A stretch of 64,000 nucleotides of DNA, from NCBI GenBank assembly GCA_002335385.1, contig DCVK01000021.1, forward strand, positions 137,635 to 201,634, given 5' to 3'. The stretch is from Candidatus Aminicenantes bacterium UBA2190 (GTDB lineage Bacteria > Acidobacteriota > Aminicenantia > UBA2199). Position numbers and translations under genes: made by a program. The notes under the pieces are model-generated. The model was given only the letters and a program-made list of their open reading frames with translations. It was not told where the DNA came from and did no database searches. This document shows, in pieces, positions 1-9,213 of this stretch. How positions within the stretch are numbered: the first letter of the stretch is position 1; every line of letters starts with the position of its first letter.

Positions 1-1
1 G

Positions 2-343
2 AACGCCCGGCAGCTGATCGAGGAAGAAAAACTACAGAACATCCTCAACCCCCGCAAGTCCAACCGCGAGTTCAAGGTCACCATCCGCTTCCAAAAAAAC
101 CTCGCGAAGAACTTTGAAAAGGCGCTGGCCTTGGCCCGCAAAAACCCGTTTTTCATGGAGGAGGGCGAGGGCGATCTTTACAGGGCCTACGCCAGTTTCC
201 ACCCCGCCGACGTCGAGGGACTGCACGAGCTTTTCGAACTGGTCAAAGACCGGGAGACCACGAAGATCTTCCTCAACAACAAGGCCATCCCTTACGCCCA
301 GGACCTGTGGCTGTTCCTGCTTTGGTTCTACCGGATCAAATAA
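2..343 (+). CDS. 3' end of a hypothetical protein; the 5' end lies outside the window
   Basis: Open frame runs from the window edge to TAA at 341-343. No recognisable motifs. Confidence 0.4.
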   Translation, partial: NARQLIEEEKLQNILNPRKSNREFKVTIRFQKNLAKNFEKALALARKNPFFMEEGEGDLYRAYASFHPADVEGLHELFELVKDRETTKIFLNNKAIPYAQDLWLFLLWFYRIK

Positions 344-369
344 AAAGCGGCAAAAAAGAGGGCGACAAC

Positions 370-398
370 TTGACTTTTCCCCAATATTAAATTATAAA
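370..398 (+). promoter_or_regulatory. sigma70-like promoter, TTGACT-N17-TATAAA, upstream of the TPR lipoprotein gene
   Basis: Near-consensus -35/-10 with 17-nt spacer. AGGAGG RBS at 412-417 precedes ATG 423. Confidence 0.4.
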
Positions 399-422
399 GT
401 TATCTTGCTTTAGGAGGTCTTC

Positions 423-1418
423 ATGAAAAAGTTTAGCACGGTATTGCTCATCCTTTTCCTGTCCACCTTGATCCTCGCCAGCTTCACCGCCTGCGATAAG
501 CTGAAAATAGCCAATCTGAGAGCCAACAAGCATTTCAAGACGGGCAACAAGTTCTATACCGAGGAAAAGTACAAGCGGGCGATCACGGAGTACGAGGCCG
601 CCCTGGAGCTCAATCCCGAACTCAAGTCCGCCTTCTATTATCTCGGCTCCAGCTACATCATGGTCTATAAGCCCGGCGACGACAGCGACAAGAACAAGGA
701 GTACGGAGTCAAGGCCGTCGAGTACCTGCAGAAGGCCTTGGAACTGTACCCGGAGAACAAGGACATCATCCAGGCCCTCGGCGACATCAACGACAAGCTG
801 CGCAACTTCGACGAGGCCGAGAAATATTACCTGCAGGTGCAGAAATTCACTCCCGACGATCCCGCTTCCTATTACAACCTGGCCGGCTTCTACAACAACA
901 ACGGCAAGTATGACAAGGCCATCGAGATGTTCGAGGAGAGGATCAGGCTGGATCCGGCCAACCCGGAAGGCTACCTGTACCTGGCCGACTTTTTCCAGAA
1001 CAAGCGCAAGTGGGACGATGCCATCAAGAACCACGAGCTGCGCATCGCCAGGATCGCCGATATCGACATGGACGAGAAGGAGAAGAACGAGGTCCTGGCC
1101 GAGGCCTATTACCGGCTGGGCGTCGTCTGCTGGAACAAGAGCTACCAGACCCCGCCCGACGTCATGGGCTCGGTCGAGCGGCTCCAGGTCGTCGAGCAGG
1201 GTTTCAACGCCCTGAACAAGGCCACCGAGCTCTCTCCCAATTTCCCCGATCCCTGGGCTTACATGGGCTTGCTCTATAAGCAGAAGCAGATCGCCGAGCC
1301 TCTGAAGGCGGCCGAGTATGAGAAGCAATACAAGACCATGATCGATAAGTTCCAGGAGCTCCGCAAGCGCAAGCTGGCCACCGAGCAGTTCATCCAGGAA
1401 CTGGCCAAGGAAAAGTAA
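423..1418 (+). CDS. tetratricopeptide-repeat lipoprotein
   Basis: N-terminal signal peptide ending in a Cys (LASFTAC). Several TPR-like repeats with the Y-rich signature (YYLGSSY, YYNLAGFY, YYRLG). Strong RBS. Confidence 0.8.
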   Translation: MKKFSTVLLILFLSTLILASFTACDKLKIANLRANKHFKTGNKFYTEEKYKRAITEYEAALELNPELKSAFYYLGSSYIMVYKPGDDSDKNKEYGVKAVEYLQKALELYPENKDIIQALGDINDKLRNFDEAEKYYLQVQKFTPDDPASYYNLAGFYNNNGKYDKAIEMFEERIRLDPANPEGYLYLADFFQNKRKWDDAIKNHELRIARIADIDMDEKEKNEVLAEAYYRLGVVCWNKSYQTPPDVMGSVERLQVVEQGFNALNKATELSPNFPDPWAYMGLLYKQKQIAEPLKAAEYEKQYKTMIDKFQELRKRKLATEQFIQELAKEK

Positions 1419-1443
1419 GCGCCCGCGCCGCAACCAGCGAAAC

Positions 1444-1479
1444 CCCTTGTTCTCCGACGGGGACAAGGGGTTTTTTTTT
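1444..1479 (+). terminator. rho-independent terminator after the TPR gene
   Basis: 9-bp GC stem CCCCTTGTC...GACAAGGGG followed by T9. Confidence 0.8.
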
Positions 1480-1517
1480 GGCAGCGGCCGGGGCGGCGAC
1501 GGCCGCCTGGTGAGGAT

Positions 1518-1546
1518 TTGACAATTTGTACTGAAAAAGTTATATA
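1518..1546 (+). promoter_or_regulatory. sigma70-like promoter, TTGACA-N17-TATATA, 6 nt upstream of the Rrf2 gene; probably a leaderless mRNA
   Basis: Consensus -35 and near-consensus -10. No SD before ATG 1553. Confidence 0.45.
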
Positions 1547-1552
1547 TCGAGC

Positions 1553-1960
1553 ATGAAAATCAACACCAAGATCCGTTATGGACTGCGCATGCTGATCGCC
1601 ATCGCCCAGGAGGGAAAACTGGTGAACACCACCGAGCTGGGCGAGATCATGCACGTCTCCCCGAAGTACCTGCGCAAGCTGGCCGGGCCGTTGGAAAAGG
1701 GCGGCTTGATCCAGAGCGTCCAGGGGATCTATGGCGGTTATCGGCTGGCCAAGGACCCCGAAGAGATCACCCTGCTGGCGTTGATGGATGCCTTCGGAGA
1801 GAAAGTCTCGCTCGCCAACTGCCTCCTGGGCAAGAAGTGCGAGCTGAAAGACTCCTGCCTGGCCAGGCAGGTCTGGGAAATGCTGGAAAAAACGATGCAG
1901 AAGCATTTTCTGCCCATTTCTCTCGGCGATATCCTGGGCAGCAGGGTGCAGATGCCGTGA
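1553..1960 (+). CDS. Rrf2-family transcriptional regulator (IscR/NsrR-like) with an Fe-S ligand Cys triad
   Basis: N-terminal wHTH typical of Rrf2 (MKINTKIRYGLRML). CLLGKKCELKDSC gives C-x6-C-x5-C spacing like the IscR cluster ligands. Confidence 0.85.
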   Translation: MKINTKIRYGLRMLIAIAQEGKLVNTTELGEIMHVSPKYLRKLAGPLEKGGLIQSVQGIYGGYRLAKDPEEITLLALMDAFGEKVSLANCLLGKKCELKDSCLARQVWEMLEKTMQKHFLPISLGDILGSRVQMP

Positions 1961-2000
1961 CCCCTCGCAAACGCGACGGGCGCCTCCCGGATGGGTGCGG

Positions 2001-2029
2001 TTGACTACTCCCCCGAAATATAGTATATT
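2001..2029 (+). promoter_or_regulatory. sigma70-like promoter, TTGACT-N17-TATATT
   Basis: Spacing is consensus. Short, SD-less leader to ATG 2046. Confidence 0.35.
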
Positions 2030-2045
2030 TGCTGGTAATTACAAC

Positions 2046-2522
2046 ATGACCAAGCGCGGATTTTTGCTTATTTGCTGCCTGATCTTCTTCTGCCTCAACG
2101 CGTTACCCCAGGACGAATTCCTTGGGATCGAGTGCGCGGTCGTGCCGCGCCATATCCTGCAGGGCAACGAGGGGATGCTCAAGATCAAGATCAATTTGCG
2201 CAACGGCGTCAGGATATCGGCCAATCCCGAGTTCCTCATCCGCCTCGACGAGAACGAAAGCCTGTCGTTCGCCAAGATATTCTTCGCCGGCTCGGAGTTG
2301 AACCTGCCCACCACCCAGGAAGGAGAAGCCGTGTTCCTGGACCCGCAGAAAGAGATCGAGGTCCCTTTCACGCTCAGCGAAGAGGCCTTGCTGGGCAATC
2401 TCACCGTCAGCGGCGAGGTCGTTTTCACCATGCTGTTCCCGGACAACTGGTCGGTGAAGACCACGCAGAAGTTCTCGGCCGGCTTCGTTTCGCGCCGGAA
2501 CTACCAGATCAAGAAAAAATGA
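2046..2522 (+). CDS. hypothetical secreted protein
   Basis: Internal Met followed by a hydrophobic signal-like segment (MTKRGFLLICCLIFFCLNA). No recognisable domain. Confidence 0.55.
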   Translation: MTKRGFLLICCLIFFCLNALPQDEFLGIECAVVPRHILQGNEGMLKIKINLRNGVRISANPEFLIRLDENESLSFAKIFFAGSELNLPTTQEGEAVFLDPQKEIEVPFTLSEEALLGNLTVSGEVVFTMLFPDNWSVKTTQKFSAGFVSRRNYQIKKK

Positions 2523-2529
2523 CGCCCGA

Positions 2530-3501
2530 TCACAGGAAGCCCTGCTCGCGGTACCAGGTGATCGTTTCTGCAAGGGCGGCCGGCAGCGGCACGCGGGGTT
2601 GAAAGTGCAGCATGGCATCGATCTTGGCGGCCGAGCACACCCAGGCCGGAAATTTCATCTCGTTGAACTTGTCGCGGTTGAAGATCGCCTTGTTCCCGAA
2701 GAAACGGATGCGCAGCTCGGAGAACTCGGCCAGGACGCGACCCATGGCCTCCGGCACCACGATCGTCCGCGCCTTTTTCTTTCCCAGCAGCAGGGCGGCC
2801 TGCTTCATGAGGGCGTGCCATTCGACGGCTTCCGGATTGGCCACGTAGAAGATCTCGCTCCCGCAGGAGCTGAAGGCAGCGGCGATCATGCCGCGGACCA
2901 GGTCCTTGACATATATCAGCGAATACCAGCGCTGCGTGCGTCCCAACAGGGGGATGATCCCGCGGTTGACGATGCGAAAGGCGTCGAGCATGTCCATGTC
3001 CCAGGGCCCGAAGACGATGGGGGCGCGGATGACGATGCGCGGAACCGCGCACTGCGCCGCGACGGCTTCCTCCTGGGCCAGCTTGCTCCTGCCGTAGAGC
3101 GATATCGGTGCGGCGGGGACCTCCTCGCTCAGCATGGCGCGGCCGAGACTGGGGCCGGCTGCAGCCAGCGACGACAGCAGGATGACGCGCTCCAGGTTTT
3201 TCAAGGGCCGCAGCCGCTCCATGAGCGCGCGCGTGCCCTCGACGTTTACCCGCGCAAAATCGCCGGGAGCCAGCGTCTTGGTGGCGGCCGCCAGGTGGAA
3301 GACCATTTCGATGTCTGCGGGGAAAGGCTCGGACGCGAACAGGTCTCCGCGTACCACCGCCGGCGGCCTCTTGAAGGCGCAGGCTTCCAGCCTGCCGTTG
3401 TCCCGGACCAGGAGATGCACCCGGTGGCGGCCTTCCGCCAGCAGCGCTGCGACCAGGTGGCGGCCGACGAACCCCGTCCCTCCGGTCACCAGTATGTTCA
3501 T
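2530..3501 (-). CDS. NAD(P)-dependent epimerase/dehydratase-family protein (extended SDR)
   Basis: N-terminal Rossmann motif VTGGTGFVG. About 320 aa, typical of GalE / epimerase-like reductases. Confidence 0.85.
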   Translation of the reverse strand: MNILVTGGTGFVGRHLVAALLAEGRHRVHLLVRDNGRLEACAFKRPPAVVRGDLFASEPFPADIEMVFHLAAATKTLAPGDFARVNVEGTRALMERLRPLKNLERVILLSSLAAAGPSLGRAMLSEEVPAAPISLYGRSKLAQEEAVAAQCAVPRIVIRAPIVFGPWDMDMLDAFRIVNRGIIPLLGRTQRWYSLIYVKDLVRGMIAAAFSSCGSEIFYVANPEAVEWHALMKQAALLLGKKKARTIVVPEAMGRVLAEFSELRIRFFGNKAIFNRDKFNEMKFPAWVCSAAKIDAMLHFQPRVPLPAALAETITWYREQGFL

Positions 3502-3550
3502 GGGGCCATTCTATAGAATCCATCCGCATTATGCAAACGAGGAGTGAAAC

Positions 3551-4732
3551 ATGGACGTGTTCAAAAAATGCTTTGAGTTCACCCAGGCCGAAGATTACAA
3601 AAATTCCGGCCTATACCCCTATTTCACCGAGATCGAGAAGGTGGAAGGCAACCACGTGTGGGTCGGCGGCAAGAAGATTCTCATGGTCGGCTCCAACAAC
3701 TACCTGGGGCTGTTCGATGACCCGAGCGTCAAGGCCTCGGCCATCGCTGCCGTCGAGAAGTACGGCACGTCCACCTGCGGCTCCCGCTTCCTGAACGGAA
3801 CGTATTCGCTTCACGTCGAGCTGGAAAAGAAGCTGGCCCAGTTCATGGGCAAAGAAGAGGCGCTGACATTTTCCACCGGCATGCAGACCAATCTGGGGAC
3901 CATCTCGGCCCTGGCCGGCCGCGACGACGTCATTGTCCTGGACCGCATGGTCCATGCCTCGATCATGGACGCCGTGCGCCTTTCCTATGCCCACGTCGCC
4001 AAGTTCAAGCACAACGACATGAAGGACCTGGAGGACAAGCTGGCGCACCAGCCGGCGGAAAAAGGCAAGCTGATCATCGTCGACGGCGTCTTCAGCATGG
4101 AGGGCGACCTCTCCAACCTGCCGCAGATCGTCAAGCTGGCCAAGAAGTACCATGCCCGGGTGATGGTCGACGACGCCCACGGCATCGGAGTCATGGGCGA
4201 GAGGGGACGGGGAACGGCGGAGCATTTCGGCCTGCTCGACGAGGTCGACCTGATCATGACCACCTTCTCCAAGTCGTTCGCCTCGCTGGGCGGCTTCGTC
4301 GTCGGCGACCGCACGATCATCCAGTACATCAAGCACCATGCCCGGTCGCTGATCTTTTCCGCTTCCATTACCCCGGCCGCCCTGGGCGCCGCGCACAGGG
4401 CACTGGAGATCATCCGGAACGAGCCGCAGCGCCGCCAGCGCCTGTGGGAGATCACCCGCATCATGAACAAGGAGCTGACGGCCATGGGCTACCATACGGG
4501 AAATACCGAAACGCCCATCATCCCGGTCTTCATCCACGACATGGAAAAGACCTTCATGATGTGGAAGTTCCTGCGCGATTTCGGCATTTTCACCAACCCG
4601 GTGATCGCTCCGGCCGTGCCGCCGGAGGACTCCCTGATCCGCACCTCGTTCACGGCCACCCACACCGACGAGGACCTGGAATTGATCCTCAAGGGGTTCC
4701 GGCAGGGCGGCAAGCTCCTGGGGCTGATCTGA
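3551..4732 (+). CDS. alpha-oxoamine synthase family PLP acyltransferase (serine palmitoyltransferase / Kbl-like)
   Basis: NNYLGL motif, DDAHG, and the PLP-lysine region TTFSKSFASLGGF. N-terminal YPYF...E as in Spt/Kbl enzymes. RBS GAGGAG. Confidence 0.85.
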   Translation: MDVFKKCFEFTQAEDYKNSGLYPYFTEIEKVEGNHVWVGGKKILMVGSNNYLGLFDDPSVKASAIAAVEKYGTSTCGSRFLNGTYSLHVELEKKLAQFMGKEEALTFSTGMQTNLGTISALAGRDDVIVLDRMVHASIMDAVRLSYAHVAKFKHNDMKDLEDKLAHQPAEKGKLIIVDGVFSMEGDLSNLPQIVKLAKKYHARVMVDDAHGIGVMGERGRGTAEHFGLLDEVDLIMTTFSKSFASLGGFVVGDRTIIQYIKHHARSLIFSASITPAALGAAHRALEIIRNEPQRRQRLWEITRIMNKELTAMGYHTGNTETPIIPVFIHDMEKTFMMWKFLRDFGIFTNPVIAPAVPPEDSLIRTSFTATHTDEDLELILKGFRQGGKLLGLI

Positions 4733-4763
4733 GTTCTGCCCCCGGAGGCAGGCCCGGCGGGCA

Positions 4764-5693
4764 GTGAATATCAGCGCGGTCGTCGTCAGCTTCGACTCCG
4801 CAAGGTTCCTGGAACGGAATTTCCGTTCCCTGGCCGGCCAGACCGTCCCCTTCCGCAAGATCGTCGTCGTCGACAACGCCTCCCGGGACGGTTCGCAGGC
4901 GATCATCGCGGCGTTCGCCGGATCGGACCCGTTGCTGCTGGAAAAGAATGTCGGCTACGCGGCCGCGGCCAATTTGGGCATCGGCCGCAGCGAATCCGAC
5001 CTGGTGCTGGTGGCCAACGCCGACGTCTTTCTCCATGAGGAATTCAATCGCCGCGCCCTGGAGTTCTTCGCCCGCCGCCCGCAGGCCGGGCTGCTCTCCC
5101 CACTCATCCTGCGCTTCGACGGCGCGACCATCGACTCGGCGGGCCAGGAGCGCTCGCTGGCGCTGTACCCCCGCGAGTCGGGCTACGGCCGCCCCCTGGC
5201 GCGCCAGGCGCTGGTGGAGAGGGAGGTCTTCTCCGTCTGCGGGGCGGCGACCGTCTTCCAGCGGGCGGCCCTGGAGAAGCTGAAGATCGGCGACGAGTAC
5301 TACGACGAGGATTTTTTCATGTTCTGGGAGGATTTCGATATCGGCTGGCGGGCCAACCTGCTGGGACTCAGGGCCTATTTCTCCCCCGACGTCGTCGCCC
5401 ACCATTTCCGCAGCGCCACGCTGCCGCGTTCGCGCTGCTCGCGATTCTCGCTGGCGCTGGCCCGGCCCGCCTCCCTGCGCTTTCACCTGGTGAAGAACCG
5501 CTACCTGACCCTGGTCAAGAACTTCCGCCTGCGGCGCGACGCCTGCTCCCTGCCGCTGGCCGCGGCGCGGGACCTGCTGTGGGTGGGAGCATTGACAATC
5601 CGTTCCCCCAAAATTATAATCGCCCTGGCCCGCTCGCGACATGTCTTCAGAAAAGCATGGGGAAAGAGGAAGTGGATAAAAGCTCATGAATGA
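4764..5693 (+). CDS. family 2 glycosyltransferase
   Basis: N-terminal SVVVVSFDSA...VVDNASRDGS is a GT-A fold DxD-type signature. GTG start 32 nt after the previous gene. Confidence 0.8.
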   Translation: MNISAVVVSFDSARFLERNFRSLAGQTVPFRKIVVVDNASRDGSQAIIAAFAGSDPLLLEKNVGYAAAANLGIGRSESDLVLVANADVFLHEEFNRRALEFFARRPQAGLLSPLILRFDGATIDSAGQERSLALYPRESGYGRPLARQALVEREVFSVCGAATVFQRAALEKLKIGDEYYDEDFFMFWEDFDIGWRANLLGLRAYFSPDVVAHHFRSATLPRSRCSRFSLALARPASLRFHLVKNRYLTLVKNFRLRRDACSLPLAAARDLLWVGALTIRSPKIIIALARSRHVFRKAWGKRKWIKAHE

Positions 5694-6687
5694 GATCGTC
5701 CTGGTTTTCTCATTCGTCCTCTCTTTCCTGCTAACGCTGTACGGCACGCCCCTGGCGCAGAAGGCCGCCTTTCGCTATGGGATCCTCGACCAGCCCGACG
5801 GCAAGCTGAAAAAGCACTCCCGGCCGGTGCCGTACATGGGAGGGGTGATCGTCTATTTCGCCTTCATCTCGCCGATCAGCCTGGTGTTCGACTTCAACGA
5901 ACGCCTGCTGGGCATCCTGTTCGCCAGCTCCATCCTGCTGCTGGTGGGGCTTCTCGACGACCTCAAGGCCCTGACCCCGGTGATCAAGTTCCTGTTCCAG
6001 GTGGTGGCCACCTATATCCTGCTCAAGAGCGGCATCGTCATCGATCTGATTTTTTTCCCCCAGTGGCTGGACATCGCCCTCTCCTGCCTGTGGATCCTCA
6101 CCGTGATCAATGCCTTCAACATCATCGACATCATGGACGGGCTGGCCGCAGCGGTGGGCGCCCTGAGTTCCCTGACCATATTCATCATCTCCCTGTATAC
6201 CGGGGACTTCCTGATCTCCATCCTTTCCGTCAGCCTGGCCGCCGCCCTGCTGGCCTTTCTCAAATTCAACTGGGAACCGGCCCGCATCTACCTGGGCGAC
6301 GCCGGCAGCATGGTCCTGGGCCTGATCATCGGCTCCCTGGCCATGATGGTGAGCTATACCCGCTTCAACCGCATGGCGTTCCTCTCGGGGCTTTTCGTCG
6401 TGGGCATCCCGCTCTTCGACCTGGCCTACGTGATCGTGCTGCGCATCCTGAAAGGCCGTTCTCCGTTCCTGGGCAGTCCGGACCATTTCGCCCTGCGCCT
6501 GCGCAAGAAGATGAACTGGTCGGCGCAGCGGACCGTCGGCGCCATCCTCTATGCGCAGCTGGCCCTCTCCGGTCTGGTCATCGCCAGTTTCTTTTCCACG
6601 CCCCGCTTCACCCTGGTTTCCGGCACCGCGGCCGCCGGCTTGTTCATCATCCTGGGGTGGGTCCTGGCGGGGGTGGAAATGGAATGA
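5686..6687 (+). CDS. polyprenyl-phosphate sugar-1-phosphate transferase (WecA/MraY family)
   Basis: Multi-TM protein with NAFNIIDIMDGLAA (N-x2-N-x2-D-G-x-D-G-L) and DxxK motifs. Overlaps the GT2 gene by 8 nt. Confidence 0.85.
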   Translation: MNEIVLVFSFVLSFLLTLYGTPLAQKAAFRYGILDQPDGKLKKHSRPVPYMGGVIVYFAFISPISLVFDFNERLLGILFASSILLLVGLLDDLKALTPVIKFLFQVVATYILLKSGIVIDLIFFPQWLDIALSCLWILTVINAFNIIDIMDGLAAAVGALSSLTIFIISLYTGDFLISILSVSLAAALLAFLKFNWEPARIYLGDAGSMVLGLIIGSLAMMVSYTRFNRMAFLSGLFVVGIPLFDLAYVIVLRILKGRSPFLGSPDHFALRLRKKMNWSAQRTVGAILYAQLALSGLVIASFFSTPRFTLVSGTAAAGLFIILGWVLAGVEME

Positions 6688-7925
6688 ACGTCATCATCGG
6701 GGCCGGCATATCGGGCCTGAGTGCCGGGCAGGAGCTGCGAAGCGATTTCTTGATCCTGGAGAAGAGTTCCGCCCTCGGCGGCCTTGCGGGACAGTACCGC
6801 GCCGGCGGCTTCGCCTTCGATCACGGGGGCCACTATTTCCATTTCCAGGACAAACCGGAGATCCAGAGGCACGTGGAAATGTTCCATGCCTTTCGCCGCT
6901 ACCGGCGCAACAGCAAGGTGTTCCTGCAGGGGCGCTTCATCCCCTATTCCCTGCAGTACCATCTGGCCGGTCTGCCGGCGCGGCAGCGCAACCCCATCCT
7001 GGCCGAGGTCCTGGCCGGCCCGGGCGGTCCGGCGGGCGGGCCGGCGCAGGACCTGGAGCGGTTCCTGCTGGCCCACTTCGGGCCGAGCCTGGTGCGCCTG
7101 TTCTTCGCGCCGTACCTGGAGAAATTCTACGGCCGGCCGCTGGCGGCCATGATCGCCGGCATGGACAAGGGGAGCATCCCGGTCCCAAGGAAAGAGGACG
7201 TTGTGGCCGGTGCCCTTTGCCGACGGCCGTGCGCCGAGGGTTACAACCCCGTTTTCTATTACCCGTCGGGATCGCTCCAGGCTTTCATCGACGATTACGG
7301 GCGTCCCCTGGCGGCAAGGATCCGCTGCCGGGAAGAGGTCGTCGCCATCGAACCGGCGCGGAAGCTGGTGGTCACCAACGGCGGCAGCTATCGCTACGAC
7401 AGCCTGATCAGCACCATGCCCTTGAACCGTTTGCTGGGGATCATGACGCCGCCTCAGCCCTTTCCCCGGAAGCAGTTTCACCACCTGTCGACCCTGGTGG
7501 TCAACGCCGTGCTGGCGCGGCGTCGGCGCCGCTTTCACTGGCTGTATCTGCCGGAAACGCAATTTCCCTTCTATCGCGTCGGCTACTATCCGGCGGCGGG
7601 GACGGTCGCCGTGTACCTGGAGAAGACGATCGCTGCGGATTCCCCCCTCGATGCCCGTCAGGTCCGCCGTGAAGCGGTCTTCACCCTGAAGCGAACGGGG
7701 ATGATCGCCGGCGCCGAAGAGATTCTTTTCCATGACCTGAAGAGGATCCCCGTTTCCTACGTGGTTTTCGATCGCGGGTGGCCGCGACTGGTGCCGGCCG
7801 CACTGGCGCACCTGCGCCGCCAGAGCATCCACTCCATCGGCCGCTACGGCAGCTGGAATTACACGTCCATGGCCGACGATATCCGCCTGGCGCGGGAAAC
7901 GGCCGGCCGCCTCAACAAGGCATGA
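6684..7925 (+). CDS. FAD/NAD(P)-binding oxidoreductase (amine-oxidase / UDP-galactopyranose-mutase-like)
   Basis: N-terminal dinucleotide-binding motif VIIGAGISGLSAG. ATGA overlap with the upstream gene. The ORF track runs this frame on from 6063; the real start is the internal ATG 6684. Confidence 0.65.
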   Translation: MNVIIGAGISGLSAGQELRSDFLILEKSSALGGLAGQYRAGGFAFDHGGHYFHFQDKPEIQRHVEMFHAFRRYRRNSKVFLQGRFIPYSLQYHLAGLPARQRNPILAEVLAGPGGPAGGPAQDLERFLLAHFGPSLVRLFFAPYLEKFYGRPLAAMIAGMDKGSIPVPRKEDVVAGALCRRPCAEGYNPVFYYPSGSLQAFIDDYGRPLAARIRCREEVVAIEPARKLVVTNGGSYRYDSLISTMPLNRLLGIMTPPQPFPRKQFHHLSTLVVNAVLARRRRRFHWLYLPETQFPFYRVGYYPAAGTVAVYLEKTIAADSPLDARQVRREAVFTLKRTGMIAGAEEILFHDLKRIPVSYVVFDRGWPRLVPAALAHLRRQSIHSIGRYGSWNYTSMADDIRLARETAGRLNKA

Positions 7926-9097
7926 GCGGCAGGATCGTCGTCGCCCACGTGATCACCAAGCTGGAGCTTGGCGGCGCCCAGCTCAACACGCTGCACACGG
8001 TCGAGCACCTCGATCCCTTGCGCTTCGACGCCTGCCTGCTCTGCGGCCCCGGGGGGGTGCTGAAGAGCCGGCTGGCCGAAGCGGACCGCCTTTTCATCGT
8101 CCCCGCCCTGGGAAGGGAGATCCGGCCCGTCCGGGACATCCAGGCATTGCTGCAGCTGCTGCGGCTGTTCAAGCGGTTCCGGCCGCAGATCGTCCACACC
8201 CATTCGGCGAAAGCCGGCATTTTGGGACGGGCGGCCGCCCGCCTGGCGGGCGTCCCGGTCGTCGTCCACACAATCCACGGTTTTTCCTTCTCCCCTTTGC
8301 AGCCGTTTTTACAGCGCCGTTTCTATCGCCTGGCCGAAAGAGCCTGCCGGCCGCTGACGGACCATTTCGTCTTTGTCTCCCGCAGCGACATGGACCAGGC
8401 GCGCCGGCTGAAGCTGATGATACCGCCGCGCATCGACTCGGATGGCGACAGCTTCTCCCTCATCCGCAGCGGCTTCCCCCTGGGAAAATTCCTCGCCAGA
8501 GGGGACGCGGCGGCGGCCAGGGCGAAATACGACCTGCCGCCGGGATGTATCGTGTGCGGCACCATCGCCCCTTTCAAGCCGCAGAAGGGGCTGCTGGGCC
8601 TGGTGGAGGTCGCCGCCCGGGTCATCGCCAGGAACCCGGAGGTCATTTTCTTCATCGCCGGAGACGGCGAGCAGCGGCCGCTGCTGGAGGCCGAGCTGCG
8701 GCGTCGCGGCATTGCGGCGAACTTCCGCCTGCCGGGATTCATCCGTGACGTGGAGAACGTCATGGACGCTTTTGACATCGGACTTTCCACCGCCCGGTGG
8801 GAAGGGCTGCCGCAGAGCCTGGTGCAGCTGCGCCTGAAGAAAAAGGCGATCGTGGCCAGCGACATTCCGGGCAACCGTGAGGTCGTCCGGGACAGGGAGA
8901 ACGGACTCCTGGTGCCCTGGAACGACGCGGAGCGCTTTGCCGCGGCCATCCTCGAACTCGCCGGGAATGCCGGGCTGCGGCGCCGGATGGGAAACTTCAG
9001 CGCCGAGGATTTCAGCGAGTGGTCGGCCGACGTGCTGGTGGCGCGCCAGGAGGAGCTGTACCAGCGCCTCGTGGTCCGCAGCTGGACGCGGAACTGA
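7922..9097 (+). CDS. family 4 (GT-B) glycosyltransferase
   Basis: N-terminal VAHVITKLELGGAQ, and a C-terminal E-x7-E-like region typical of GT4. ATGA overlap with the previous gene. Confidence 0.8.
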   Translation: MSGRIVVAHVITKLELGGAQLNTLHTVEHLDPLRFDACLLCGPGGVLKSRLAEADRLFIVPALGREIRPVRDIQALLQLLRLFKRFRPQIVHTHSAKAGILGRAAARLAGVPVVVHTIHGFSFSPLQPFLQRRFYRLAERACRPLTDHFVFVSRSDMDQARRLKLMIPPRIDSDGDSFSLIRSGFPLGKFLARGDAAAARAKYDLPPGCIVCGTIAPFKPQKGLLGLVEVAARVIARNPEVIFFIAGDGEQRPLLEAELRRRGIAANFRLPGFIRDVENVMDAFDIGLSTARWEGLPQSLVQLRLKKKAIVASDIPGNREVVRDRENGLLVPWNDAERFAAAILELAGNAGLRRRMGNFSAEDFSEWSADVLVARQEELYQRLVVRSWTRN

Positions 9098-9127
9098 GGG
9101 CGTCCGCACCGGCGGCAAAGCGACGTC

Positions 9128-9156
9128 TTTACTTATCATCTCCCGGGGGGTACAAT
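9128..9156 (+). promoter_or_regulatory. sigma70-like promoter, TTTACT-N17-TACAAT, upstream of bfr
   Basis: Followed by a 5'-UTR hairpin GCGGGAGAATTCCCCGC, then AAGGAGG RBS. Confidence 0.35.
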
Positions 9157-9213
9157 GAAGCGAAGCGCGGGAGAATTCCCCGCCCGGCGGCCTGGCCGCC
9201 CAAGGAGGTCGGA

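Noticed and set aside
2530-4732. Simple threonine-catabolism pair (epimerase-like Tdh + Kbl)
   Set aside because: Not excluded. I judged it less likely because the two genes are divergent rather than co-transcribed, and because the AOS gene is translationally coupled to four glycosyl/phosphosugar transferase-type genes. It is kept as the explicit alternative hypothesis in the finding.
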